Assembly (NCBI GenBank): GCA_002269645.1
Contig: NIVC01000927.1
Span: 274,066 to 306,731 of the forward strand
Length of the DNA stretch: 32,666 nt
Reading direction: 5' to 3'
Source: Macrostomum lignano
Lineage: Eukaryota
In this document: positions 11,101-24,723 of the stretch, one piece after another
How the letters are laid out: every line of letters starts with the position of its first letter
Numbering within the stretch: the stretch's first letter is position 1
Position numbers and translations under genes: made by a program
The notes under the pieces: model-generated
Told to the model about the DNA's origin: nothing
Seen by the model: only the letters and a program-made list of their open reading frames with translations
Database searches by the model: none

Positions 11101-14100
11101 ATGGTGAGTTCGAGGAGTGAGGTGGCTGCGGAGTGAGGTGGTTGCGGAGTGAGGTGGCTGCGGAGTGAGGTGGTTGCGGAGTGAGGTGGCTGCGGAGTGA
11201 GGTGGCTGCGGAGTGAGGTGGCTGCGGAGTGAGGTGGCTGCGGAGTGAGGTGGTTGCGGAGTGAGGTGGCTGCGGAGTGAGGTGGCTGGCGGAGTGAGGT
11301 GGCTGCGGAGTGAGGTGGCTGCGGAGTGAGGTGGTTGCGGAGTGAGGTGGCTGCGGAGTGAGGTGGTTGCGGAGTGAGGTGGCTGCGGAGTGAGGTGGCT
11401 GCGGAGTGAGGTGGCTGCGGAGTGAGGTGGTTGCGGAGTGAGGTGGCTGCGGAGTGAGGTGGCTGGCGGAGTGAGTTGGCTGGCGGAGTGAGGTGGCTGG
11501 CGGAGTGAGGTGGTTGCGGAGTGAGGTGGCTGCGGAGTGAGGTGGCTGCGGAGTGAGGTGGCTGGCGGAGTGAGGTGGCTGGCGGAGTGAGGTGGTTGCG
11601 GAGTGAGGTGGCTGCGGAGTGAGGTGGCTGCGGAGTGAGGTGGCTGCGGAGTGAGGTGGCTGCGGAGTGAGGTGGCTGGCGGAGTGAGGTGGCTGCGGAG
11701 TGAGGTGGCTGTGGAATGAGGTGATAAATGGGGGCTAGGATAGCAGTTTAGCACTGCATCAGCCTATCAAGCTTGTTATTCTTTAAACTGCCAACCCGCA
11801 GCAAACGGATACGGCGGCGGCATGGTGCTTGACGCAATTGCAGGATCAGGATCCCAATGTAAGCATAAAGTGAATGGTCAAGCTTTAGTTCAGCAACAAT
11901 ATCGATACCATAGCGTAGCTAAACTTACTTTTTCAGCCGACCCCCCTCTGCAAGCGGCCAGCTCGCCGGATTCCGAGAGCGACCGGAAGCTGTGGTTCGT
12001 CATCGGCGGCGGATTCGGCCTAGCGATTGTGCTCCTGATTGTTGCCATAGCAACCGTTTGCCTCTGTCGAAGCGGCGAGGCAGCGGGCGGCACCGGAGGA
12101 GGCGGCGGCCGCCGGCGCAGACAGGCGGACCGGGCGGCCAAGGAGGAGGCGAGCCTGATTGGTCAAGAGGCGGCAGCCAATCAGCGGCACCCGGGCTCGC
12201 CGCGAGCTCGTTCCGGCAAGAATTCGCCAGACGCGCAGGCGGCGGCGCTGCTGATTTCGACAGGCGGAGGCCAGCACCAGCTGCAGCACCAGCAACAGAC
12301 GCCAGACCTCTGCCGCCGGTCGGAGAACTGCCTGGAGCTGCGGCACCTTCCACAGGCGGGCCGTGGCGCTGACGGCCCTGTAGGTGGACCGTTCGGCCGG
12401 AGCTCGGTGCACCCGCCGCACCACCTGGGCGGCGGCCACCTCGGCCTCGGAGGCGGGCGCGGCTTCATGGGCGAGCCGCTGCTGCTCGATCATCCGGGCG
12501 GCGCGTCGCCGAACCCACCGGGACACTTTAGGAACATCTCCAGCTCCGGGCTTTACCCGCCGGGGACGCCGCCGTCCTACCAGCCAGGCGCTGCTGCTGC
12601 TGCCATCGGGGCTTCGTCGAGAGGCCTCGCCTCGCCGCCGCGAGTTGACGCGCCCGACTTCAGCTCGGGTGAGCCGCGGCCTCGGTGTACATGGGCTGCT
12701 GTGGGGGTTCTCGTTGTACATTGGTGTCGAGAGGGGGCGTCAATGTACATTGGTGTCGTGAGGGGGGTGTCAATGTACATTGGTGTCATGAGAGGGTGTC
12801 AATGTACATTGGTGTCGTGAGGGGGGTGTCAATGTATATTGGTGTCGTGAGGGGGCGTCAATGTACATTGGTGTCGTGAGGGGTTGTCAATGTACATTGG
12901 TGTCGTGAGGGTGGTGTCAATGTACATTGGTGTCGAGAGGGGGGTGTCAATGTACATTGGTGTCATGAGGGGGTGTCAATGTACATTGGTGTCGTGAGGG
13001 GGGTGTCAATGTACATTGGTGTCATGAGAGGGTGTCAATGTACATTGGTGTCGTGAGGGGGGTGTCAATGTACATTGGTGTCGTGAGGGGGCGTCAATGT
13101 ACATTGGTGTCGTGAGGGGTTGTCAATGTACATTGGTGTCGTGAGGGTGGTGTCAATGTACATTGGTGTCGAGAGGGGGCGTCAATGTACATTGGTGTCA
13201 TGAGGGGGTGTCAATGTACATTGGTGTCGTGAGGGGGCGTCAATGTACATTGGTGTCGTGAGGGGGGTGTCAATGTACATTGGTGTCGTGAGGGGGGTGT
13301 CAATGTACATTGGTGTCGAGAGGGGGGTGTCAATGTAAATTGGTGTCTAGAGGGGGCGTCAATGTACATTGGTGTCGAGAGGGGGGTGTCAATGTAAATT
13401 GGTGTCTAGAGGGGGCGTCAATGTACATTGGTGTCGTGAGGGGGGTGTCAATGTACATTGGTGTCGTGAGGGTGGTGTCAATGTACATTGGTGTCGTGAG
13501 GGTGGTGTCAATGTACATTGGTGTCGTGAGGGGGGCGTCAATGTACATTGGTGTCGTGAGGGGGGCGTCAATGTACATTGGTGTCGTGAGGGGGCGTTAA
13601 TGTACATTGGTGTCGTGAGGGGGGCGTCAATGTACATTGGTGTCGTGAGGGGGCGTTAATGTACATGGCTGCTGTGTGGGGAAGCTACACCGCACACAAC
13701 TAAACAAGCTACACCCTCACTCGTTCCCACTCGCAAGCAGGCAAGCTGTCCAGCCCGCACTCGAGTCTCAGCTCTTCTATTGGTTCGCCATCCAAGCGAC
13801 GTCCGTCTACATCGGCGGCGGCGGCGGCGGCGTCTACAGCTGCACCGACGCTCATGCTGGCGTCGCTAGGCAACGGTCGCTCAGTCAACGTAACGCCGGA
13901 CATTCTCAACCCGCCCGTTGCCCGTCCATCGCGCAGCCTGCACGGCGGCAACGGAGGCAGCGGCGGCGGCGGTGGCAGCGGCGGTGGCCTCAGCGGCGCG
14001 TATAACGGAGGCGGCGCTGGTGGAGGCGGCGGCGGCGGATCCACATTCGACAGTGAGACGTCAAGAAGTGTATGTACCATCGGTGATCATGTTCCATAAT

Positions 14101-14659
14101 GTAGATAAGTGTTTTCTGTACGAGCGTATGGTGTACTGTGTATGCTGTATGGTGTACATGCTCTATGGTGTACATGCTCTATGGTGTACATGCTCTATGG
14201 TGTACATGCTCTATGGTGTACATGCTCTATGGTGTACATGCTCTATGGTGTACATGCTCTATGGTGTACATGCTCTATGGTGTACATGCTCTATGGTGTA
14301 CATGCTCTATGGTGTACATGCTCTATGGTGTACATGCTCTATGGTGTACATGCTCTATGGTGTACATGCTCTATGGTGTACATGCTCTATGGTGTACATG
14401 CTCTATGGTGTACATGCTCTATGGTGTACATGCTCTATGGTGTACATGCTTTATGGTGTACATGCTCTATGGTGTACATGTTACATGCTCTATGGTGTAC
14501 ATGTACATGCTCAATGGTGTACATGCTCTATGTTATAAAGCATCCAAACCTCACTTGTGCCCATTTTAGTTCGTGCTGTCAACCGAGGATATGACAAAGA
14601 CTCTTGACGGCCTCATGAACGATCTGAGGTGCCTGACTAACAAAGAATTCGAGTGCTGA
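1992..14659 (+). CDS. fra: DCC/neogenin/frazzled (UNC-40) family netrin receptor, 5'-partial, spliced: join(1992-2140,2820-2928,4526-5097,6060-6305,7814-7906,10480-11103,11937-12668,13741-14069,14570-14659)
   Basis: All eight introns are GT..AG with matching phases (1,2,1,1,1,1,1,0), and the joined length of 2944 nt is 1 + 981 codons. Family hallmarks: FN3 end AQVAARTVNGTGRFTRW (cf. DCC VSAMTVNGTGPPSNW); FN5-FN6 SDFSMVATFVTKAEPPGTPP...WRPPLEPNG; single TM; P1-like TPDL..LELRHL; P3 STEDMTKTLDGLMNDLRCLTNKEFEC* (cf. Drosophila Fra LEGLMKDLSAITANEFEC, recalled). Confidence 0.93.
2145..2610. repeat. 22-bp minisatellite (ggctgagtgaccctgcggtggt), decaying after about 2480
   Basis: Direct inspection; 22-aa periodicity in ORF 2027-2518. 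Confidence 0.95.
2820..2928 (+). CDS. fra: fra-like exon: N-terminal part of FN3 domain 2
   Basis: Acceptor ctggcag|2820 (phase 1), donor 2928|gtgagt (phase 2). Encodes APSPDPVRSFRVLAANSTDLQISWDPP. Confidence 0.85.
2952..3100. repeat. 20-bp minisatellite (tggattgctaatgcagctca), about 7 copies
   Basis: Direct inspection. Confidence 0.9.
3858..4460. repeat. 16-bp minisatellite (aaggaccctagcaaca) with a 128-bp higher-order repeat
   Basis: The variant monomer ccgtag recurs at 3922, 4050 and 4178 (128-bp spacing), along with the aaagatcc and aaacaccc variants. Confidence 0.93.
4526..5097 (+). CDS. fra: fra-like exon: rest of FN2 plus FN3 domain 3
   Basis: Acceptor cgcgcag|4526 (phase 2), donor 5097|gtgagt (phase 1), with a weaker same-phase donor at 5074. 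Encodes LTWLPP..RNGLLVGYRIRYR...LAGLKPLRRYAAQVAARTVNGTG. Confidence 0.9.
5122..5905. repeat. 30-32-bp G-rich minisatellite (atgggatagtttggaatggggaagtttgagt)
   Basis: Direct inspection; source of the spurious ORF 5078-6031. Confidence 0.95.
6060..6305 (+). CDS. fra: fra-like exon: first part of FN3 domain 4
   Basis: Acceptor gctcag|6060, donor 6305|gtgaga, both phase 1. Encodes NTESQLHGDVPLPEKIRIRP...ILLSWTRP...YVIYYG...YQIRNL. Confidence 0.88.
6345..7080. repeat. Degenerate 21/24-bp minisatellite (gagattttggaatctcatggt)
   Basis: Direct inspection; blocks of 21-bp and 24-bp (…ggtctcat) variants. Confidence 0.92.
7814..7906 (+). CDS. fra: fra-like exon: F/G strands of FN3 domain 4 (not called in the ORF track)
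   Basis: Acceptor cattgcag|7814, donor 7906|gtaaga; 93 nt, symmetric phase 1. Encodes (V)PNQYYFITIVAIKDGVQAETPLHEKTQSGT, which supplies the otherwise missing half of FN4. Confidence 0.85.
8112..8685. repeat. 20-bp minisatellite (ctcctgtctaacaggtgaca/t), about 28 copies
   Basis: Direct inspection; exact 20-nt register. Confidence 0.96.
8907..8918 (+). CDS. Candidate 12-nt microexon in the FN4-FN5 linker
   Basis: tatgcttcatttacag|GTGGTCAAACTT|gtaagt: good acceptor, consensus donor, frame-preserving length, no stop when joined (R-G-Q-T-Y). No transcript evidence available. Confidence 0.5.
9285..10450. repeat. 34-bp minisatellite (ctgactgacagaagtgtgtcagctcacactgacc), decaying towards the FN5 acceptor
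   Basis: gaagtgtg recurs at 9317, 9351 and onwards. Confidence 0.96.
10480..11103 (+). CDS. fra: fra-like exon: FN3 domains 5 and 6
   Basis: Acceptor tttccgcag|10480, donor 11103|gtgagt, both phase 1. Encodes VPLNVKATVM..AVVSWTD...LRPFTAY...WRPPLEPNGPLTGYTVYY...GLQQSSLYVFKVRAENQAGVGP. Confidence 0.93.
11112..11720. repeat. 16/17-bp G-rich minisatellite (gcggagtgaggtggct)
   Basis: Direct inspection; begins immediately after the donor at 11104. Confidence 0.96.
11937..12668 (+). CDS. fra: fra-like exon: transmembrane helix and proximal cytoplasmic tail (P1-like, Pro-rich)
   Basis: Acceptor acttactttttcag|11937, donor 12668|gtgagc. TM LWFVIGGGFGLAIVLLIVAIATVCLC followed by a basic RRRR; then QTPDLCRRSENCLELRHL and PPGTPPSY. 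Confidence 0.9.
12712..13668. repeat. 29/30-bp minisatellite with a 12-bp palindrome (caatgtacattg gtgtcgtgaggggggtgt)
   Basis: Direct inspection; about 32 copies with a variable G-run. Confidence 0.96.
13741..14069 (+). CDS. fra: fra-like exon: Ser/Gly-rich cytoplasmic segment
   Basis: Acceptor cgcaagcag|13741 (phase 1), donor 14069|gtatgt (phase 0). Open frame GKLSSPHSSLSSS...DSETSRS links both neighbouring exons. Confidence 0.8.
14128..14532. repeat. 16-bp minisatellite (atggtgtacatgctct)
   Basis: Direct inspection; near-homogeneous copies. Confidence 0.96.
14570..14659 (+). CDS. fra: fra-like last coding exon: P3 motif and stop (not called in the ORF track)
   Basis: Acceptor ccattttag|14570 (phase 0). 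Encodes FVLSTEDMTKTLDGLMNDLRCLTNKEFEC, with TGA at 14657-14659. Confidence 0.92.
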   Translation, partial: FVLSTEDMTKTLDGLMNDLRCLTNKEFEC

Positions 14660-14946
14660 CCGCCTGCCTAAAACAGAGCTTAGTGCAATGATCGATTGAA
14701 TGTAATATTTTACCCTCTTCACATAGAGGATGCTGCTGATAGTTCTAGCCAGTAACACATTCAGTAGTATTTGCTAATAGTGTATTATTCTCTATATTCA
14801 TATTTTCAAGCTAATTTTCCCCAGCCCCTATCTAATAGTGGCTTAAAGAGCTGAAATTTAAAAAAAGTTATTTAATTTGTGCAATTGAAAATCGCAAAGA
14901 ATTATTTACAGAAATTGCTGACAAGTGTACAAATGATTCAATGTCG

Positions 14947-14956
14947 AATAAATAAA
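14947..14956 (+). terminator. Overlapping AATAAA polyadenylation signals, probably of the fra-like gene
   Basis: aataaataaa gives AATAAA at 14947 and 14951, the first canonical signal I found after the stop at 14659. Confidence 0.55.
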
Positions 14957-14985
14957 CGAGACGCACAAAAAAATAACAAATTTTG

Positions 14986-15036
14986 TTTATTTAATTCTAT
15001 CGACAACGAAAAGTATAATAATTTTCCGGGTTTATT
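14986..15036 (-). terminator. AATAAA polyadenylation signals, probably of the FBXL16-like gene
   Basis: TTTATT on the + strand at 15031-15036 and 14986-14991, about 205-250 nt past the minus-strand stop at 15241. Confidence 0.5.
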
Positions 15037-15240
15037 TTTTTACTTTAAAATTGTTGCAATACTCGCTCAATGCTACTGTTAGTAGAGCTTTTAGAAATTA
15101 AATTAAAAATATATCCGATTAGCAACCTGACGAAATTGATCAGTGGTGATTTATACTACTGAAAGTGCAGTATTTTTTAACATGAATTAACACGACAACA
15201 ACAGATAAGACATAAGTTACTAGTACACCAGCGCCTCGGG

Positions 15241-19762
<4,522 letters not shown>

Positions 19763-20210
19763 TCGAGTTGTCAATGGATGCCAAATTCACTGCGGGCTGA
19801 ATCTGCCGAGAGGCGTAACGCGCGGCATCCCTAAAAAATCCCTTCGTCTCCGCCCGGGTTTCCCCTTTTTTCTCCTGGCCCCACCCGCCTCCCACAGCGC
19901 ACTGCTCAAATTCACAACAGTTTCGTCCTTTCGCTTGCTCGTGCTCTGCTTCGACAGATTTCATTGGCTCAAAAATCTCTTTTGCTGGCAGAGGGCGCGG
20001 GCAAGGGAACTCCCATCGGCTGTCCTGTCCCTGCCCTCTTCCCCATCCTCTTTTAGCTACTTCTTCTCCATATTTCAGAGCGCGGCACGGGCCGGCCTCA
20101 AGCCTCTGTTATATACTAGCAGATAGAGCTCACCTTATCCACCTCCCAGCTTCACTTGTTCTTCTTCATGCTCCGGTGCTGCTCATGCGTTCTAGTCTCT
20201 CCGCCCTCAC

Positions 20211-20216
<6 letters not shown>

Positions 20217-20280
<64 letters not shown>
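20217..20280. repeat. (CT)32 perfect microsatellite upstream of FBXL16
   Basis: Direct inspection. Confidence 0.98.
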
Positions 20281-20282
<2 letters not shown>

Positions 20283-20924
20283 GCTTTCCGCTCCTCAATT
20301 AATCCTGGCAACCTTTCTCTCCTTTCAGCTTGTATACAAGGGGGTTGGATCGAGGATAGGATGGGGGTGTCGAAGTTGCAGACCCTTGCGGCAGTTCAAA
20401 AGAAGAAGAAGAAGACAGATTCGGGCGGGGCCGATCGAAGCAGCCGCCTGTTGTTGCCGTGCCAGATAGAGTGAGACGAGCGAGCGATATTCGAGTAGGT
20501 AACGGAGCCTGAGCTGGGGAGGGGGGGGGGTTATGATGCAAAATTAAGAATTCGACAAGAAGCTCTTCATCAAGAATTTCCTTTGAGTGAGCACGAACTG
20601 AAAGGTGAGCTAGGCTACGAGTATAGGTTGTTAAGGCGATGTTAGTTGAGCAAAGCGTATTGCAAGATTTCAGATTGAATCTAGCTCTCAAAAATGAGCT
20701 CTGGAGTATGCTTTTGCTTTCGCAAGTCGAAGTATAACATTGCTGATAACTGCTTTAGCATTCTGAGAACGCTGAGGTGCCACGGATCAAGGGAGAGTCG
20801 CTAAGATGCCATGACTCAACGAGAAGTTGCTGAGATGCCATGACTCAAAGGCTTAGCCGGACTCATCTCTTAGCTGGATTCTCATCTACGAGTATAGCCG
20901 GACTGTAATCATCTCTAGCAGGTC

Positions 20925-21548
20925 TCTTAGCCGGATTCTTATCTCTTAGCCAGACTCTCACCTCTTAGCCAGACTCTCATCTCTTAGCCAGACTCTTATC
21001 TCTCAGCCAGACTCTCATCTCTTAGCCAGACTCTCACCTCTTAGCCAGACTCTTATCTCTTAGCCAGACTCTCACCTCTTAGCCAGACTCTCACCTCTTA
21101 GCTAGACTCTCATCTCTTAGCCAGACTCTCATCTCTTAGCCAGACTCTCACCTCTTAGCCAGACTCTCATCTCTTAGCCAGACTCTCACCTCTTAGCCAG
21201 ACTCTCACCTCTTAGCCAGACTCTCACCTCTTAGCCAGACTCTCACCTCTTAGCCAGACTCTCACCTCTTAGCCAGACTCTCATCTCTTAGCCAGATTGT
21301 CATCTCTTAGCCAGACTCTCATGTCTTAGCCAGACTGCCATCTCTAAGCCAGACTCTCATCTCTAAGCCAGACTCTCATCTCTTAGCCAGACTTTCATTT
21401 CTTAGCCGGACTCTCATCTCTTAGCCAGACTCTCACCTCTTAGCCAGACTCTCATCTCTTAGCCAGACTGCCATCTCTAAGCCAGACTGCCATCTCTAAG
21501 CCAGACTCTCATCTCTAAGCCAGACTCTCATGTCTTAGCCGGAGTCTC
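20925..21548. repeat. 19-bp minisatellite (ttagccagactctcacctc), intergenic
   Basis: tagccag recurs at 21061, 21080 and onwards. Confidence 0.95.
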
Positions 21549-23177
21549 ATTGCAGCTGTATATAGAGAAAGAAATAAATTGTGAGGAAAATGTCACAGAC
21601 AAAAGATTTTTAATTCTCCATCTGAAAGAAGTGAGTGACTTGCATGGGCTGTTTTTGGCTAATTGTATATTATATACGGTATGCGACTATGAACACGTCG
21701 CATATTCAGACTGGGCAAAAGCAGCAAGAGCAATTAGCATATAAATATAAATTAAAATAAAGTTAGGATTTGCATTGCTCAGTACAATAGAGTAGTATCA
21801 TGCGCACATATATAGTGCAGCTAAATCTGTTACAAAGCCAGATATATTAATGTTTTAAAGCAGATGTGGCAGCACGAAAAAGAGAGGACGCGGTGCACTT
21901 TTAATAGCGATCGTAGCACAAAACTAGGTGTGTATAAATAAAATTTTAAAAAGTTTGAGAACCCAGAACCAACAGTGCCGTCAGGACACTTAATTAGGAA
22001 AATCTAATTATGAATAAAAATTTATTAAATACCAAGATGAATTCTGTGACAATGCCGATTTTTTCAATAACGATACAAAACGGAGAAATGCCAAATAACG
22101 CTAGTAATATTCCATACATGCTACTATCTTAGAGAGAGATGCGACAGTAGTGCAGTTAGTTTTACAAGAAACCCTCAAAATGGTATTTAAATTATAAAAT
22201 GGTAATTAGAGTTCAATGAAAACAGAAAGAGTTACCAGAATTGGCAAATTATGAAAATATAAAGAAATAAAAATTATTTAAGGCGACAGCAGGCACAACA
22301 GAGGCCGGTTTGATTAATTTATTTAATTAGTTTCATCAGTAACGCAATCACGGAGAGGGGAGACACACAGACACGAAAACTGATGTCGGAAGGTGAGAAA
22401 GCGCGCGCCGTGTCTTTGTGTGTACGATGCATTTAAACTACTCAAAGTAGGTCGGGAAACTACGATTATTAGAAATTTTTAGGAGGCAGGATTTACTGAA
22501 AACCACAAGAGAACCACAGAGAAATGGAGATCGGTGAGCCAAGCGCTGTAAAACAAATATAGTATCATTATAACAAAACAAAAAAACGCACAAGGCAGAT
22601 AAAGCTGTATAAAAAATAATAATAACTATTATTATTATTATTACCAGGGCAAAGAAAGCGTTAAAAAATTGCACATTAAATTTGTTAATTTATAACAAAA
22701 CAACATGATTTTCACTTCCGGATTTGTTGCAATGCAGTTCAACAAACAAAAACCAACTGGGCAAAAATGAGATAAAAATTTGCAAAACAAAAAATAACAA
22801 ACAATTTTTATACACCAGAGAAGAAACGGTTGCAAAAGTGCAAAGCCTTTTTTGTTTAAATATTTTATTTGATAGTCAGAGATCTGCTGAAGATGCATAG
22901 ATCAGCGAGATTGTGCTTGCGAAGATTCCCAGTGCTGCATGGCGAAAAACAGCAATTAAAAAACAGGATATATGCCAGCTGCTGTACCAATTATAATTTT
23001 GACTGAACAGTTAGGTACAAAAATGTTGTAAAATTTAGTTTAAATTAATATAATACACACGCCACACACCTCCGAGATGAGGGGCCGCCACCAGTCACTG
23101 ATAGACATCTTTTAGCAAAAGTAAAAAGTACAGATTGTCCTTTTAATAAGAGAAATTCTTGCAGTCTCATTTCACGA

Positions 23178-24095
23178 CATTGAGGGTTGGAGTTCATTCC
23201 TCAAGATTGAAGTTTGGGGTTCGATTCCCAGACATTGTGGGTTGAAGTTCAATTCCTCAAGATTGAAGTTTGGGGTTCGATTCCCAGACATTGAGGGTTG
23301 AAGTTCATTTCCCAGGATTGAAGTTTGGGGTTCGATTTCAAGACATACATTATGGGTTGGAGTTAAAATCCTCAGGATTGAAGTTTGGGGTTCGATTCCC
23401 AGACATTGTGGGTTGGAGTTCAATTCCTTAAGATTGAAGTTTGGGGTTCGATTCCCAGACATTGAGGGTTGAAGTTCATTTCCCAGGATTGAAGTTTGGG
23501 GTTCGATTTCAAGACATACATTATGGGTTGGAGTTAAAATCCTCAGGATTGAAGTTTGGGGTTCGATTCCCAGACATTGTGGGTTGAAGTTCAATTCCTT
23601 AAGATTGAAGTTTGGGGTTCGATTCCCAGACATTGTGGGTTGGAGTTCAATTCCTCAAGATTGAAGTTTGGGGTTCGATTCCCAGACATTGTGGATTGAA
23701 GTTCAATTCCCCAGGATTGAAGTTTGGGGTTCGATTCCCAGACATTGAGGGTTGGAGTTCAATTCCTCAAGATTGAAGTTTGGGGTTCGATTCCCAGACA
23801 TTGATGGTTGAAGTTCATTTCCCAGGATTGAAGTTTGGGGTTCGATTCCCAGACATTGAGGGTTGGAGTTCAATTCCTCAAGATTGAAGTTTGGGGTTCG
23901 ATTCCCAGACATTGAGGGTTGAAGTTCATTTACCAGGATTGAAGTTTGGGGTTCGATTCCCAGACATTGTGGGTTGGAGTTCAATTCCTCAAGATTGAAG
24001 TTTGGGGTTCGATTCCCAGACATTATGGGTTGGAGTTAAACTCCTCAAGATTGAAGTTTGGGGTTCGATTCCCAGACATTGTGGATTGGAGTTTT
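23178..24095. repeat. 55/56-bp minisatellite (dimer of a 28-bp monomer), 16 units, each carrying GGTTCGATT(C/T)C
   Basis: Unit gattgaagtttggggttcgattcccaga + cattgagggttggagttcaattcctcaa. I counted 16 ggggttcgatt, of which 14 are followed by CCC. Confidence 0.95.
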
Positions 24096-24201
24096 AGTCT
24101 AGGACATTGTAGAATGGGGTCACAGATCACAGAAGCATATAAAAACCAGAGCAGCAGACAGCTGGTGAAGTTCAGCATTTCAACCGAAGTGTCTCTAAAG
24201 C

Positions 24202-24723
24202 TCATGGATCGTGAAAAATCTGAGTAGCCATAATCTCGCCCGTGCTAAGAGTCTGCGTTGCCATAGTGACCATTTTTCTACCACCGTTACAGGCGGCCGG
24301 CGTAGTTGGCGCCTGACAACGCGAGCAGCAGCCGCCGCTTGTCGAACGCGATGGCGTCGGCTGCGGCGGCTGCTGATGCGGCGGTGGCGGCGGCGGCTCA
24401 TCCTTGCCTTCGGAGAGGTCGGGCGTCAGCACAGGCGACGGCACGGAGCTGCTAGTCCGACTGTCGGCGTCGTCCTGCAGCACCCGGCGCAGCTCGGTCT
24501 CGTCAATGTCGGACAGGAATTTGATATCGTCGGCCAGCTCGAGGCTGTCCAGCGGTTCGGGGCCCAGCGGACTCTTGACGGCCGAGGCGGCGGCGGTCAG
24601 GGCTCCGCCGGACAGGCGCTCCATCACGGCTCGGTCGGCCTCCTTCCAAACCTGAGTAGCGCGCCATTTAGCGCGGCTCTCCTTTGGCGCCAGGATGGCG
24701 TTGAAGTACAGAATCTCGTTCAT
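24202..24723 (-). CDS. egl-like gene exon 5 (end of OB-like domain, disordered tail, TQT motifs, stop)
   Basis: Acceptor ccccactccag|24723 (phase 0). Encodes [28 protein letters not shown]...[22 protein letters not shown], with TGA at 24204-24202. Confidence 0.85.
   Translation of the reverse strand: MNEILYFNAILAPKESRAKWRATQVWKEADRAVMERLSGGALTAAASAVKSPLGPEPLDSLELADDIKFLSDIDETELRRVLQDDADSRTSSSVPSPVLTPDLSEGKDEPPPPPPHQQPPQPTPSRSTSGGCCSRCQAPTTPAACNGGRKMVTMATQTLSTGEIMATQIFHDP

Noticed and set aside
23172-24227. True tRNA genes or a coding repeat in the 56-bp array
   Set aside because: Only a T-loop/B-box-like motif with a 3-bp stem is present, with no D-arm, anticodon arm or acceptor stem. The ORFs simply track the repeat.
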